From: Clostridia bacterium
GTDB lineage: Bacteria; Bacillota; Clostridia; UMGS1840
Reading direction: 5' to 3'
DNA length: 64,000 nt
Assembly (NCBI GenBank): GCA_017468465.1
Contig: JAFUIN010000003.1
Span: 21,794-85,793 of the forward strand
Every line of letters begins with the position of its first letter. Position 1 is the first letter of the stretch. The position numbers were made by a program, and so were the translations under genes. Below, in pieces: positions 39,059-47,892 of this stretch. The notes beneath the pieces are model-generated. The model had not been told where the DNA came from. It worked only from the letters and a program-made list of their open reading frames with translations, and did no database searches.

Positions 39059-39733
39059 ATGAAAAAAATAAAATCTACGCTCGTTTTACTTAGTCTTGCA
39101 GGTGTCATTACCGCATTAACCGTGGTAACGGGAAACACGTTATCTACAAGAAACGAAAAGAAAATGGCGCTCCAGACCAATCAAGCCATTCTGCAAAAGC
39201 CGACACCTTCCCCCACTCCGACCAAGAAACCTCTTCCCCAAAAAACGCCTCTGCCCTCCCCAAGCGTTTCTCCCACTCCGCAAATGACGCCCTCCCCCAC
39301 ACCGACTCCGGTCACCGTAATGCTTCCGGCGGTGGGGTCAGAGGTGGTTGGCGAATACAGTGCAGATTCCTTCGTGTTTCAGGCAACCTACGGTGACTAC
39401 CGCATTCACTCGGGCATTGATTTTGCCGATGATAAAAACACCCCTGTCTGTGCAGTTGCCGACGGTATCATCACCCAGAATTTCTACGATTTTGAACATG
39501 GTTACACGGTAGAAATTGAACACGGTGACAACCTGAAAAGCATTTATAAAAATCTCTCCAGCGACAAAATGGTCCAGGTGGGGCAAGTGGTCAAGCAAGG
39601 AGAGGTAATCGGCGGAATGGGCGACAGCGGAATTTCAGAGAGCCATCTTTCCCATCACCTGCACTTTGAACTGCACAAAGACGGTGAAGCGGTAAATCCC
39701 AGAGAATACTTTGAAGCTTCCATTACACAATAG
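39059..39733 (+). CDS. spoIIQ: SpoIIQ-like M23/LytM-domain membrane protein
   Basis: 224 aa with an N-terminal TM segment and a Pro/Thr/Ser-rich linker. The LytM domain has intact HSGID (HxxxD) and HLHFELH (HxH) motifs. It lies directly downstream of spoIID. Confidence 0.6.
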   Translation: MKKIKSTLVLLSLAGVITALTVVTGNTLSTRNEKKMALQTNQAILQKPTPSPTPTKKPLPQKTPLPSPSVSPTPQMTPSPTPTPVTVMLPAVGSEVVGEYSADSFVFQATYGDYRIHSGIDFADDKNTPVCAVADGIITQNFYDFEHGYTVEIEHGDNLKSIYKNLSSDKMVQVGQVVKQGEVIGGMGDSGISESHLSHHLHFELHKDGEAVNPREYFEASITQ

Positions 39734-39776
39734 AAAAAAGGCGATAACAGGGTGAAAGCTGTTGTCGCCTTTTTTA
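39734..39776 (+). terminator. Intrinsic terminator
   Basis: GGCGATAACAG-ggtgaaa-CTGTTGTCGCC (39740-39769, one G-U pair) followed by T6. Confidence 0.8.
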
Positions 39777-39804
39777 TCATTTTTCTTACAATTTTTTTGT
39801 CCTA

Positions 39805-39833
39805 TTGAAAAATACTTCTTTTTCTGGTATAAT
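39805..39833 (+). promoter_or_regulatory. Sigma-A-type promoter candidate
   Basis: TTGAAA (39805-39810), 17 nt, then TATAAT (39828-39833). It lies 50 nt upstream of the ATG at 39884. Confidence 0.6.
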
Positions 39834-39883
39834 AAAAAATCATGAATCAATGAACAGATTTTTGGCATAAAAAGGAGATTTTT

Positions 39884-41137
39884 ATGAAAAAACACTGTAA
39901 AATTTTAAGCTTCATTTTGCTTTTTTGTTTGTTATGTTCCATAGGAGCTTCTGCAAAAAACATCAGCATCGGGCTAAAATTCGGCTCCAAATCACCCCAG
40001 GAAATTCAACTGAAAAACAACAGTGCTTTCCTGCTTCTTCTGGGAGACGAAATTCTCTTTGAAGTTGGAGAAACGACCCTGAAAGTGGTTTGGGCTGAGA
40101 ATGGAACCATTTCGGTTTTCGGGCAGGAAAACGAACCCCCGCTTTACATCTATGAAAAAAGTGAACTCCCTTTAGGTGTGTTCCCTGCTGACGGCGGAAC
40201 CCTGTTGATCGGAGAATCTGAATATCGGGGTGGTGCTCGTTTTCTACATAACGAGGTGGGACTTACCGTCATCAACTATCTGGACATGGAAGACTACTTA
40301 AAAGGTGTCATCCCGGGGGAAATGCCTTACGAATGGCCTGCAGAAGCGTTGAAAGCACAAGCTGTTTGCGCCAGAAACTACGCCTTAACAAATTATGATA
40401 AATTCAAATCCTACGGATTCAATTTAGACGATACCACCCAATCCCAGGTATACTTGGGCGTAAAAGCGGAAAAAGAATCCACCAATCAAGCAGTTGATGC
40501 CACCAAAAATATTTATCTTACCTATAACGGAGAGATTGCAAATACCTTTTTCTATTCTTCGTCGGGCGGTCACACCGAAAGCTCGAAATATGTGTGGGGC
40601 GGTGATTTTCCCTATTTAATCGGTGTGGATGACCCCTATGATACCTCCCGGGAATGGACAGTTCCCTACACCCCAGACGAAATCAAAGAAAAGCTTGCCG
40701 GCATCCAGACAGACATTGGCGAAATTCTCGATTTGGAAGTCGTGGAACGTTCTCCTTCCGGCAGAATTATTGATTTGAAAATCGTGGGTACAAATGGTGA
40801 TTATCACGCCAAGCTGGAAAAATCAAGAAGCCTTTTCAACTTGCGCAGCAACCTTTTCACCATCACCAAAAAAAGTGACAACATAAAACCTGTTACCGTG
40901 ATTACCTCCAAAGGTCTGGAGGAACGGGAAATATCAACCTCCATATTAACTGCAACCGGCACCATCACCCCTGAAGCAGGCACCCCCAATGAATACATTT
41001 TTCAAGGCACCGGCTATGGGCACGGCGTTGGCATGAGCCAATACGGTGCAAAAGGAATGGCGGAACAAGGCTTTGATTTTGAGCAGATTCTGAAGCACTA
41101 TTTTACCGGCACCATCCTGGAAGAAATCAACGAATAG
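39884..41137 (+). CDS. SpoIID/LytB-domain protein (second paralogue)
   Basis: 417 aa with a signal peptide, an N-terminal ~130-aa extra domain, the SpoIID/LytB motifs ALKAQAVCARNYAL and GHGVGMSQYGA, and an inserted region between them. Confidence 0.8.
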   Translation: MKKHCKILSFILLFCLLCSIGASAKNISIGLKFGSKSPQEIQLKNNSAFLLLLGDEILFEVGETTLKVVWAENGTISVFGQENEPPLYIYEKSELPLGVFPADGGTLLIGESEYRGGARFLHNEVGLTVINYLDMEDYLKGVIPGEMPYEWPAEALKAQAVCARNYALTNYDKFKSYGFNLDDTTQSQVYLGVKAEKESTNQAVDATKNIYLTYNGEIANTFFYSSSGGHTESSKYVWGGDFPYLIGVDDPYDTSREWTVPYTPDEIKEKLAGIQTDIGEILDLEVVERSPSGRIIDLKIVGTNGDYHAKLEKSRSLFNLRSNLFTITKKSDNIKPVTVITSKGLEEREISTSILTATGTITPEAGTPNEYIFQGTGYGHGVGMSQYGAKGMAEQGFDFEQILKHYFTGTILEEINE

Positions 41138-41149
41138 GAAACGACAAAA

Positions 41150-41197
41150 CAAAAAGAACAGAATTCCATTTACTACTTGGATTCTGTTCTTTTTTTA
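41150..41197. terminator. Bidirectional terminator between convergent genes
   Basis: 10-bp stem AGAACAGAAT (41155-41164) / ATTCTGTTCT (41181-41190), flanked by an A-run and a T-run. The right arm overlaps the last codons of the VanZ gene. Confidence 0.7.
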
Positions 41198-41652
41198 TAT
41201 AACCGATTTATCAACGTGAAAAGCATTACGATGACCATACCGGTAAGAAAACCGATGGAATCATACAAAATATCGTCCCAGCCAAAGCTTCTTCCCGGAA
41301 CAAAAAGCTGGTGAATTTCATCAGAAAGTGCAACAAGAAAGCCCAAAAGCACATTTGACATTATCATCACATACCATTTATAGGAAAATGTTTTCCATAA
41401 AAGGAGACTCAAAACACCCAGCGAAAAAAACAAACAACCGTGAGCAAGCCCTCGAATGGCATACTGCACCTGCGTGTGAACCACCTTCTGCTGTGCCTGG
41501 GTTTTTTCGGCATAATGCGGTGTATGCACCTTAATCTGACTGGTAATGCCCGAACTTAATTTGCCGGAAACTTCTGAAGTCTGATGGGAAAAGAAAAAGA
41601 TGACCCCCAAATTCAAAAAAATCAAAACGAGTAAGATGACACGTTTTTTCAT
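41173..41652 (-). CDS. VanZ-family membrane protein
   Basis: I moved the start to MKKRVILLVLIF (ATG 41652), which overlaps the upstream stop as ATGA. It has 4 TM segments and the VanZ-like HGCLFFSLG and SDEIHQLFVPGR motifs. Confidence 0.7.
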   Translation of the reverse strand: MKKRVILLVLIFLNLGVIFFFSHQTSEVSGKLSSGITSQIKVHTPHYAEKTQAQQKVVHTQVQYAIRGLAHGCLFFSLGVLSLLLWKTFSYKWYVMIMSNVLLGFLVALSDEIHQLFVPGRSFGWDDILYDSIGFLTGMVIVMLFTLINRLYKKRTESK

Positions 41653-42869
41653 AATAACCCCAGCTCCTTCATCAATTCCAGACGAGGGTTGTTTTCGCTC
41701 GGAAGCACTGTCTTTTTGCCAAAAATTTTCTTCACGATTCGAATAATCCATATGAGTGGCAAAAACCATCCATGTTTCATCAGGATCGGATATTCACCAT
41801 ATAACGCAGTCTTTTTTGGGAACAGCCGTTCCATTCTTTCCCGTTTGGTCAATTCTTTTTTATAGGCTGCATAATTTTTTTTATGGTAGCTTTCATATTT
41901 TGCTTTGGAATATTCATTGTAAGCTGTCAACTTTTCTTCCGAAAATCCGTTTTGCGCACAATATTCCAAGTCGGAAAGAAGTTTCTGCGCAGTTTCCTCC
42001 AGAGAATCATCCAAAGAAAAATGGGGGAGTTGAAAATACTTTGCCCCGATATGCTTCATTGTTTGATAAATTCCCTGATAACCCAACTGCTCCATAACGG
42101 CATCTACCCGATGAAAGTCTATCTCATCCCAATAACAGGAAAGATACAAAAGCGCATCTCCCAGCATTTTCAAATGGGCAATTCCGCTGATAAAATGCTT
42201 GAGAACATGAAGCACCATATTGATGGCACCGTCCGTGATTCCCAATGCCGTAACCGTATGTCCGTTTTTCAATGTCACTTGTCGTTTTTCTTCACCGCCG
42301 AAGTCCAGATTATCATACCACACCTCGGTGACTTCTTTGGTATCCAGCGAAATGTGGATTTCAAATTTTCCGGCTTTTGGATGCACACATACTGCCTGAT
42401 TATTGTTTTCACCCCGGGGAACGTATTCTCCACCGACTTTTTGGAAAGCTTCCAACACTTTTTTCTCATCTGCAGGGTCAATCAGAAGGTCGGTGTCTCC
42501 CGACATACGAAGCTCCGGATTTGCATACAGGTCGGAAATTAACTCTCCTTTTAGCATAACAGGCTTGGAAAATGCCAATTCCTTCTCCAAAAAGGCATAC
42601 ATGGCTTCCTGACGGAGTGTATATTCCATAACTTTCAAATTAAGCTCCATCTGCCATTTTGAAAGCTGCCCTCCCGGAATGTCTGCCAATCCATTTTCAG
42701 AAAGCTTTTTCAACACCGCAAACACAACCGGCCACACCCCTTGCAGACGGGCAGTTTTTTCAATATCTAAAATATCGTCCTGGGAATATGTTCCTTCTGC
42801 CTCTGGCAAAACACCTTTCATTCCACAGGAAAACAGTTTTATTGTTTCCCAGTAATTCTTTGCAAGCAT
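41649..42869 (-). CDS. Uncharacterised nucleotidyltransferase-fold protein (NTP_transf_5-like)
   Basis: 406 aa. It has a minimal nucleotidyltransferase signature around SGDTDLLIDP. I recognise no other domain. Confidence 0.55.
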   Translation of the reverse strand: MLAKNYWETIKLFSCGMKGVLPEAEGTYSQDDILDIEKTARLQGVWPVVFAVLKKLSENGLADIPGGQLSKWQMELNLKVMEYTLRQEAMYAFLEKELAFSKPVMLKGELISDLYANPELRMSGDTDLLIDPADEKKVLEAFQKVGGEYVPRGENNNQAVCVHPKAGKFEIHISLDTKEVTEVWYDNLDFGGEEKRQVTLKNGHTVTALGITDGAINMVLHVLKHFISGIAHLKMLGDALLYLSCYWDEIDFHRVDAVMEQLGYQGIYQTMKHIGAKYFQLPHFSLDDSLEETAQKLLSDLEYCAQNGFSEEKLTAYNEYSKAKYESYHKKNYAAYKKELTKRERMERLFPKKTALYGEYPILMKHGWFLPLIWIIRIVKKIFGKKTVLPSENNPRLELMKELGLL

Positions 42870-42904
42870 CTTGTACTCCCATCTCCAGCCGCGTTATTCA
42901 AAGC

Positions 42905-43336
42905 TTATTGATTGCGTATTTTGTTCAAAACCTCGGTCAATATCGTAGAAGATACACCTTTTGTATACGGAAAATAACATATTTCAACATTTAAGGAACG
43001 GAATTCTTTCTCTAATTGTTGAAACATGGAATCCGACTTCCAATCATCGCCTACAAACATTTTGTCAAACCGATATTCTTCCCAGGCTTTCATTTTATCA
43101 CGATTTGTCTGCGGAACCACCTGATCAACATACTTAATTGCTTCCACAATAGCTCTTCGTTCCTGATAGGGAATGACAGGCGTTTTGTGTTTATACGCTT
43201 GCACCAATTCATCTGTACTTACGCCAACAATCAAATAATCACAATGCTTTTTTGCTGCCTTCAAAATATTCAAATGTCCAATATGAAACAAATCGAAAAC
43301 ACCTGTGGTATATCCCACAATCTTTTTTTCTGACAT
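42905..43336 (-). CDS. tagD: Glycerol-3-phosphate cytidylyltransferase (copy 1)
   Basis: 143 aa with GYTTGVFDLFHIGHLNIL (the HxGH cytidylyltransferase motif). Confidence 0.85.
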   Translation of the reverse strand: MSEKKIVGYTTGVFDLFHIGHLNILKAAKKHCDYLIVGVSTDELVQAYKHKTPVIPYQERRAIVEAIKYVDQVVPQTNRDKMKAWEEYRFDKMFVGDDWKSDSMFQQLEKEFRSLNVEICYFPYTKGVSSTILTEVLNKIRNQ

Positions 43337-43352
43337 TTTTATTTGCTCCCTT

Positions 43353-44147
43353 CTACAATTTGCATTCTACAACACCATGTGCCATGATTCTTTTTTCCTC
43401 GGGAGGCAGCTGCATATAATCTCCATAACGCTCCCTTAAGAACAAATCATAATCCTTCGGAATATAAAATTCCTTTCCGCAAAACGGATGCCGAACCACA
43501 TCTTCATACAACGAACGCGGATAAACCGGTTTCATTTTTCCGGGATGGCAGAATTTATATACCTCTGCACTTTTTTCTTTATTTCCCATAACCATAATTG
43601 CTTTTGCCCAGCGATCCAGCGTTTTTTTAGGAATCAAACAAAAGGGCAATAAGAAAATCCGTTTTTTCTTCTTATATAATTTCATTTTTGTAAACTTCAC
43701 AATGTGAATAAAGGATAGCAGTGCCAACTGAAATTTCATTGTTTTCCGATTGACATCATCAATGGGAAAAATATCAATAAAAATTCCTTGTTCCACGTCC
43801 AAATCAGCAAACCGGCGTTCTTTATAAACAGTGCCTTTTTTCCGCAGCTTTGTAAAATTCAAAGGATGTTTTGCTTCCAATTCTGCTGAATGCCACAAAA
43901 ACTGGTCGGACAACTCAGTTTTGCATGCCTCCATCAATTTTTCATAATCTTCACGAAGCATCGCAATATCTAAATCATCATCCCAAGGAATGAAGCCGTT
44001 GTGCCGAACCGCACCAATCATGGTTCCTCCATCTAAGATGTATTTTATGTTATGTTTTACACAAATTCTGTCAATTTCTGTCAGAATTTCCAGCATCACA
44101 GCTTGTACTTCCGTAATGTCATATTGTCCGATTTTATACTCACTCAT
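43353..44147 (-). CDS. LicD-family phosphotransferase (copy 1)
   Basis: 264 aa with GGTMIGAVRHNGFIPWDDDLDIAM, the hallmark LicD motif. Confidence 0.8.
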   Translation of the reverse strand: MSEYKIGQYDITEVQAVMLEILTEIDRICVKHNIKYILDGGTMIGAVRHNGFIPWDDDLDIAMLREDYEKLMEACKTELSDQFLWHSAELEAKHPLNFTKLRKKGTVYKERRFADLDVEQGIFIDIFPIDDVNRKTMKFQLALLSFIHIVKFTKMKLYKKKKRIFLLPFCLIPKKTLDRWAKAIMVMGNKEKSAEVYKFCHPGKMKPVYPRSLYEDVVRHPFCGKEFYIPKDYDLFLRERYGDYMQLPPEEKRIMAHGVVECKL

Positions 44148-44173
44148 TTTTCTCCCTCACTTTATCCTATGAT

Positions 44174-45700
44174 TTACTTGATTCCCTTAAAAAAGGATTG
44201 AATCAATCTTTTCTCACTGGAATTCCATGTAAGCAGCCACATAATCACAACATAGCAAATTACAAGACAAACAGCCTGTACTAAAAATGTCAGCCAGCCG
44301 GAAAACACCACGACATAACGGGAAATCAAAAATCCGCATACCAGCGTCAGAAGTAACCCCGGCGCCATTTTTCCGTGACAATCACGGAAGAAGGCAAACA
44401 CATTGATATTGAGCTCTTTTTTGAATACCACATTCATCAAGGCTGTTCGCACCAGATAAGCAACACAAATGGACAGCGAGCATCCGATTGCCCCCCAGAA
44501 ATACCCGAACACAAAGGACAGTGCAATATTTACCACTGCAGTAATAACAAACACAATACCCTGGCTTTTCACACGATTCAACACCACAACCACTGTGTTT
44601 GCAATTTGCTGAGGCACATAGAAAATACCTGGGAAAATAAGAAGCACTGTACAATAATATACCACGAGGTAGCTTTCTCCCAACCAAAGGCTGATAAACC
44701 GCTGTCCTAAGGTAACAAAGCCAATGGTAATGATACCAATGACGGTCAGTACGATTCTTCCTACCTTAATCATTAAGGGAAGCACCGCTTCCCCTGTTTC
44801 CTGACCTAAGGTTGCACGGGAAATTTTTGGCATAAACATTCCATTGATTGCTTCAGAAAATTTATATACATAACCCTCCAGGGTACTTGCAAATCCAAAC
44901 ATTGCAATGCTTGTTGACCCGCTTACGATTCCCAGCACTGTGGGCATAGCGGTAAAAATAAATCGCTGTGCAATGCTTTTTACAGTAGTCCAGACCGAAA
45001 AGCCTGTAATCTCCTTAAGCAAGGGCTTACTGAAATAGGAAAAATTCACCTTTACGGCAGTCTTTCGTTTGACAATGATAAACTTAATCCCCACCGTAAC
45101 CAGATTCATCACAGCATGCACTGCCACCAAGGAAAACAAGCCCATTCCGAAGCACAGCGCAACCACAATCAGAAGCACCGAAGCAACCTTGTTAAACAAG
45201 TCTGCCAATCGCAGTGCCATAAATTTCTCATGGGCAACTAAAATTCCGTTTAATGTCACAAAGGGAAAACATAAAACAGTGGACAGCCCCGACACCGCAA
45301 AAACCACTTTTAGGGAAGCCAGTTCCGACGGAGTCAATTTCACATAAATCCGCCCAATGTTAAAGTATATCCCGATTAAAATAATGGAAATTACGGCAGA
45401 TATTAAGATATAAATTTTATAAATCAGCCCTAAAAAATTATCAATTCCCTGCTGATCTCCTTTGGTGCGGTAATTCGACGTAAATCTGGTCACCGCCGCA
45501 CTCATTCCGAAGTCCAGCATAAACATGCTGATTAAGGTAACAGATAAGGTGTATAATCCATAATTGGCATCCCCTATTTGAGAAACCATCCAGGGAGTAT
45601 AAACCAATCCGGTCACAAAATCAAACGCCAGAGTCAAATATGAAATAATCGCCCCCAGCTTGATTTGCTTGGCACTTTGTGCCTCTATTGAACGGCTCAA
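44174..45700 (-). CDS. wzx: Wzx-type oligosaccharide flippase (MOP superfamily)
   Basis: 508-aa polytopic membrane protein of typical length and hydrophobicity, embedded in the glycan operon. Confidence 0.7.
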   Translation of the reverse strand: MSRSIEAQSAKQIKLGAIISYLTLAFDFVTGLVYTPWMVSQIGDANYGLYTLSVTLISMFMLDFGMSAAVTRFTSNYRTKGDQQGIDNFLGLIYKIYILISAVISIILIGIYFNIGRIYVKLTPSELASLKVVFAVSGLSTVLCFPFVTLNGILVAHEKFMALRLADLFNKVASVLLIVVALCFGMGLFSLVAVHAVMNLVTVGIKFIIVKRKTAVKVNFSYFSKPLLKEITGFSVWTTVKSIAQRFIFTAMPTVLGIVSGSTSIAMFGFASTLEGYVYKFSEAINGMFMPKISRATLGQETGEAVLPLMIKVGRIVLTVIGIITIGFVTLGQRFISLWLGESYLVVYYCTVLLIFPGIFYVPQQIANTVVVVLNRVKSQGIVFVITAVVNIALSFVFGYFWGAIGCSLSICVAYLVRTALMNVVFKKELNINVFAFFRDCHGKMAPGLLLTLVCGFLISRYVVVFSGWLTFLVQAVCLVICYVVIMWLLTWNSSEKRLIQSFFKGIK

Positions 45701-45719
45701 GAGAGCACCTCCAAACTAT

Positions 45720-46157
45720 TTAATCAATCTGTTCATTTAATTTTCCAATTGCTGTCTGCAATTTGGTAGAGGAAGTGTTTTTGGTATATTCAAAATACTC
45801 AACAGCCACCCCAACCTGTTGGAATTTTTCTTCAATTTCTTTATAAAGGCTGGAGTTTTTCCAGTCGTTGCCGTGAAACATCACGTCAAACTTCAATGCT
45901 TCCCAAGCCTGAAACTTGTCCATAGAGGTCTGAGGAACAACCTGGTCCACATATTTAATTGCTTCCACAATAGCAACGCGCTCCGAGAAGGGAATCATCG
46001 GGGTCTTCTTTTTATACTCTTGCACCAGCTCATCGGTAGAAACCCCTACAATTAAATAGTCGCAAAGCTCCTTCGACTTTTTCAAAATATTCAAATGTCC
46101 GATATGAAACAAATCAAACACGCCGGTAGTATAACCGATTTTATACTTTTTTTCCAT
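45720..46157 (-). CDS. tagD: Glycerol-3-phosphate cytidylyltransferase (copy 2)
   Basis: I chose the start at the ATG at 46157 (MEKKYKIGYTTGVFDLFHIGH, preceded by AAGGTG). It is clearly paralogous to 42905-43336. Confidence 0.85.
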   Translation of the reverse strand: MEKKYKIGYTTGVFDLFHIGHLNILKKSKELCDYLIVGVSTDELVQEYKKKTPMIPFSERVAIVEAIKYVDQVVPQTSMDKFQAWEALKFDVMFHGNDWKNSSLYKEIEEKFQQVGVAVEYFEYTKNTSSTKLQTAIGKLNEQID

Positions 46158-46167
46158 AATTTTCACC

Positions 46168-47871
46168 TTATTTCACAATAATTTTTATCGGCTCTGAAAG
46201 TATCTGATAGACTGTGTTATGATACTTCAGTGTTTTTATCCAAAGTAAAACACAGCTTCCTGACTTATTTGCATAAATGCTGCCATCTTTTTGAACACAG
46301 ATATCACTGTTTTCCAAAAAGAAAACACCGTCAGGGATTACCTCTGTTGCTCCCTCACATCCAACGGCAGTTGCCATGGGAGAATAGGTTTCGCCCATGG
46401 ATAAATGCACTTCTTTTTCGGCATTCAACGCAAAGAAAAAACCAGCTAATAAATTCACATCTGTGCACAAAAGCTCAATGCCCGAGAACAAATCGCTCTC
46501 AATTTTTTCTTTTGTGTTTTGCATCAGCTTAATTACAATGGTACTGCGAAGCTGTAACTGCTGCAACAGCTTTTTATGAAATTTCCGGTATTTTGCACAC
46601 CAAGGAATACTTCTTTGGTGCAACTCTCCAATGATATGTAATATCGTAGATTTTGCACAGTCTCTTGGTGAGATAACGTCGTTTAGGTAGTTTCTCACAG
46701 GAAGATACGGAAGCTGTTTTTTTAGTTCACTATAGCCGTATTTTCCATTTTTACATTTTACCATCAAGCTGTCTTGCAGATTTGGAAAACGGTCTAAAAT
46801 TTCTTTGAGTTTTGCAACCGATTCCACAATGTCACCACCGATTTCACAGGTGAACATCAGATGCTTGTGGGGGAAAGTCTCCATCATACGCTGAAAAAAC
46901 TCTTCCAAAGGAAGCACCTTTTCTTCCGGATTCAGCCCATAACGAAATTTCATTTTTTGCAGTTGGGAAAGCGTGTAGGAGCGAACCTCTCCTTCCCCCT
47001 CTAAAATGCGGTCAATAGTCCAACCGTGAAAGGCAATAAGCCTACCGTCTTTCGTAAGACGGGTGTCTATATCAATCACATTGGCCCCCAGTTTCACACT
47101 TTCAATGGCTGTGGTCAGGGTGTTTTCCATATATGTAAGATTAGAGGAAATGCCTCTGTGTCCGATGATAATAGGTTGCCCGATGATCGTGGTTTTTTGT
47201 GAAATTTCTGTAAGCAAACTGGCGAACGCTTCCGGTTGTTCAGTGATCACACCGCGGCATCCGCTAACCAGTGCCTCGCACAACGAAATGCGGTCTCCCT
47301 TTGCATACTGCCAAACAGTCAACAATCTTTGCTTGAAATAAAATACAACCTCCTGGCTCCAACCGGTTTTAGAGCATATCACGTTCACCCGATTGGAATG
47401 TGCTGTTTTCACAATGGCAGATTGCTCCATATCATCGGAAACACACCACACTCTCCCTACCTTAGGATATTCCTGATAGCAGGCCGACAAAATTTCCAGA
47501 TTGGTCGTTGCAATAAAACAATCTGAAATCTCTTCCGTTTTTAAGCGGAACAAAAGCTCAACTGCTTTGCCATAAGTATCCGTACAGAACACAGGAACAA
47601 CATTCCCTAATGCTTTCAGAAACGGCAGCAAACGACTTTTTTCATTATAATATTGTCCCAAAATTCCGGGATGAGCGTCCAAATCAATCCAGCAAAGCTG
47701 ACACGTCCCAACGTTGGGGTAAATACCGATGACAGCGGGCGGATTCACAATTTGAGTGGGGACTGGTTTCATCTTGACGCCATACTGCCCTCGAAAGAGA
47801 ACACGGCTTCTTTTGCGTTCCCACAAAAGAGAAACCAACCGGTCCCACTTCTTTATAAATTGTTTTAACAA
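46168..47871 (-). CDS. Large glycerophosphodiester phosphodiesterase (GDPD)-domain protein
   Basis: 567 aa with a TTG start preceded by GGAGGAG. The central GDPD signature is IIGHRGISSNLTYMENT...VIDIDTRLTKDGRLIAFHG. The flanking N-terminal (~230 aa) and C-terminal regions have uncertain folds. Confidence 0.65.
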   Translation of the reverse strand: MLKQFIKKWDRLVSLLWERKRSRVLFRGQYGVKMKPVPTQIVNPPAVIGIYPNVGTCQLCWIDLDAHPGILGQYYNEKSRLLPFLKALGNVVPVFCTDTYGKAVELLFRLKTEEISDCFIATTNLEILSACYQEYPKVGRVWCVSDDMEQSAIVKTAHSNRVNVICSKTGWSQEVVFYFKQRLLTVWQYAKGDRISLCEALVSGCRGVITEQPEAFASLLTEISQKTTIIGQPIIIGHRGISSNLTYMENTLTTAIESVKLGANVIDIDTRLTKDGRLIAFHGWTIDRILEGEGEVRSYTLSQLQKMKFRYGLNPEEKVLPLEEFFQRMMETFPHKHLMFTCEIGGDIVESVAKLKEILDRFPNLQDSLMVKCKNGKYGYSELKKQLPYLPVRNYLNDVISPRDCAKSTILHIIGELHQRSIPWCAKYRKFHKKLLQQLQLRSTIVIKLMQNTKEKIESDLFSGIELLCTDVNLLAGFFFALNAEKEVHLSMGETYSPMATAVGCEGATEVIPDGVFFLENSDICVQKDGSIYANKSGSCVLLWIKTLKYHNTVYQILSEPIKIIVK

Positions 47872-47892
47872 AATTGGTTTCTCCTCCTTTTT

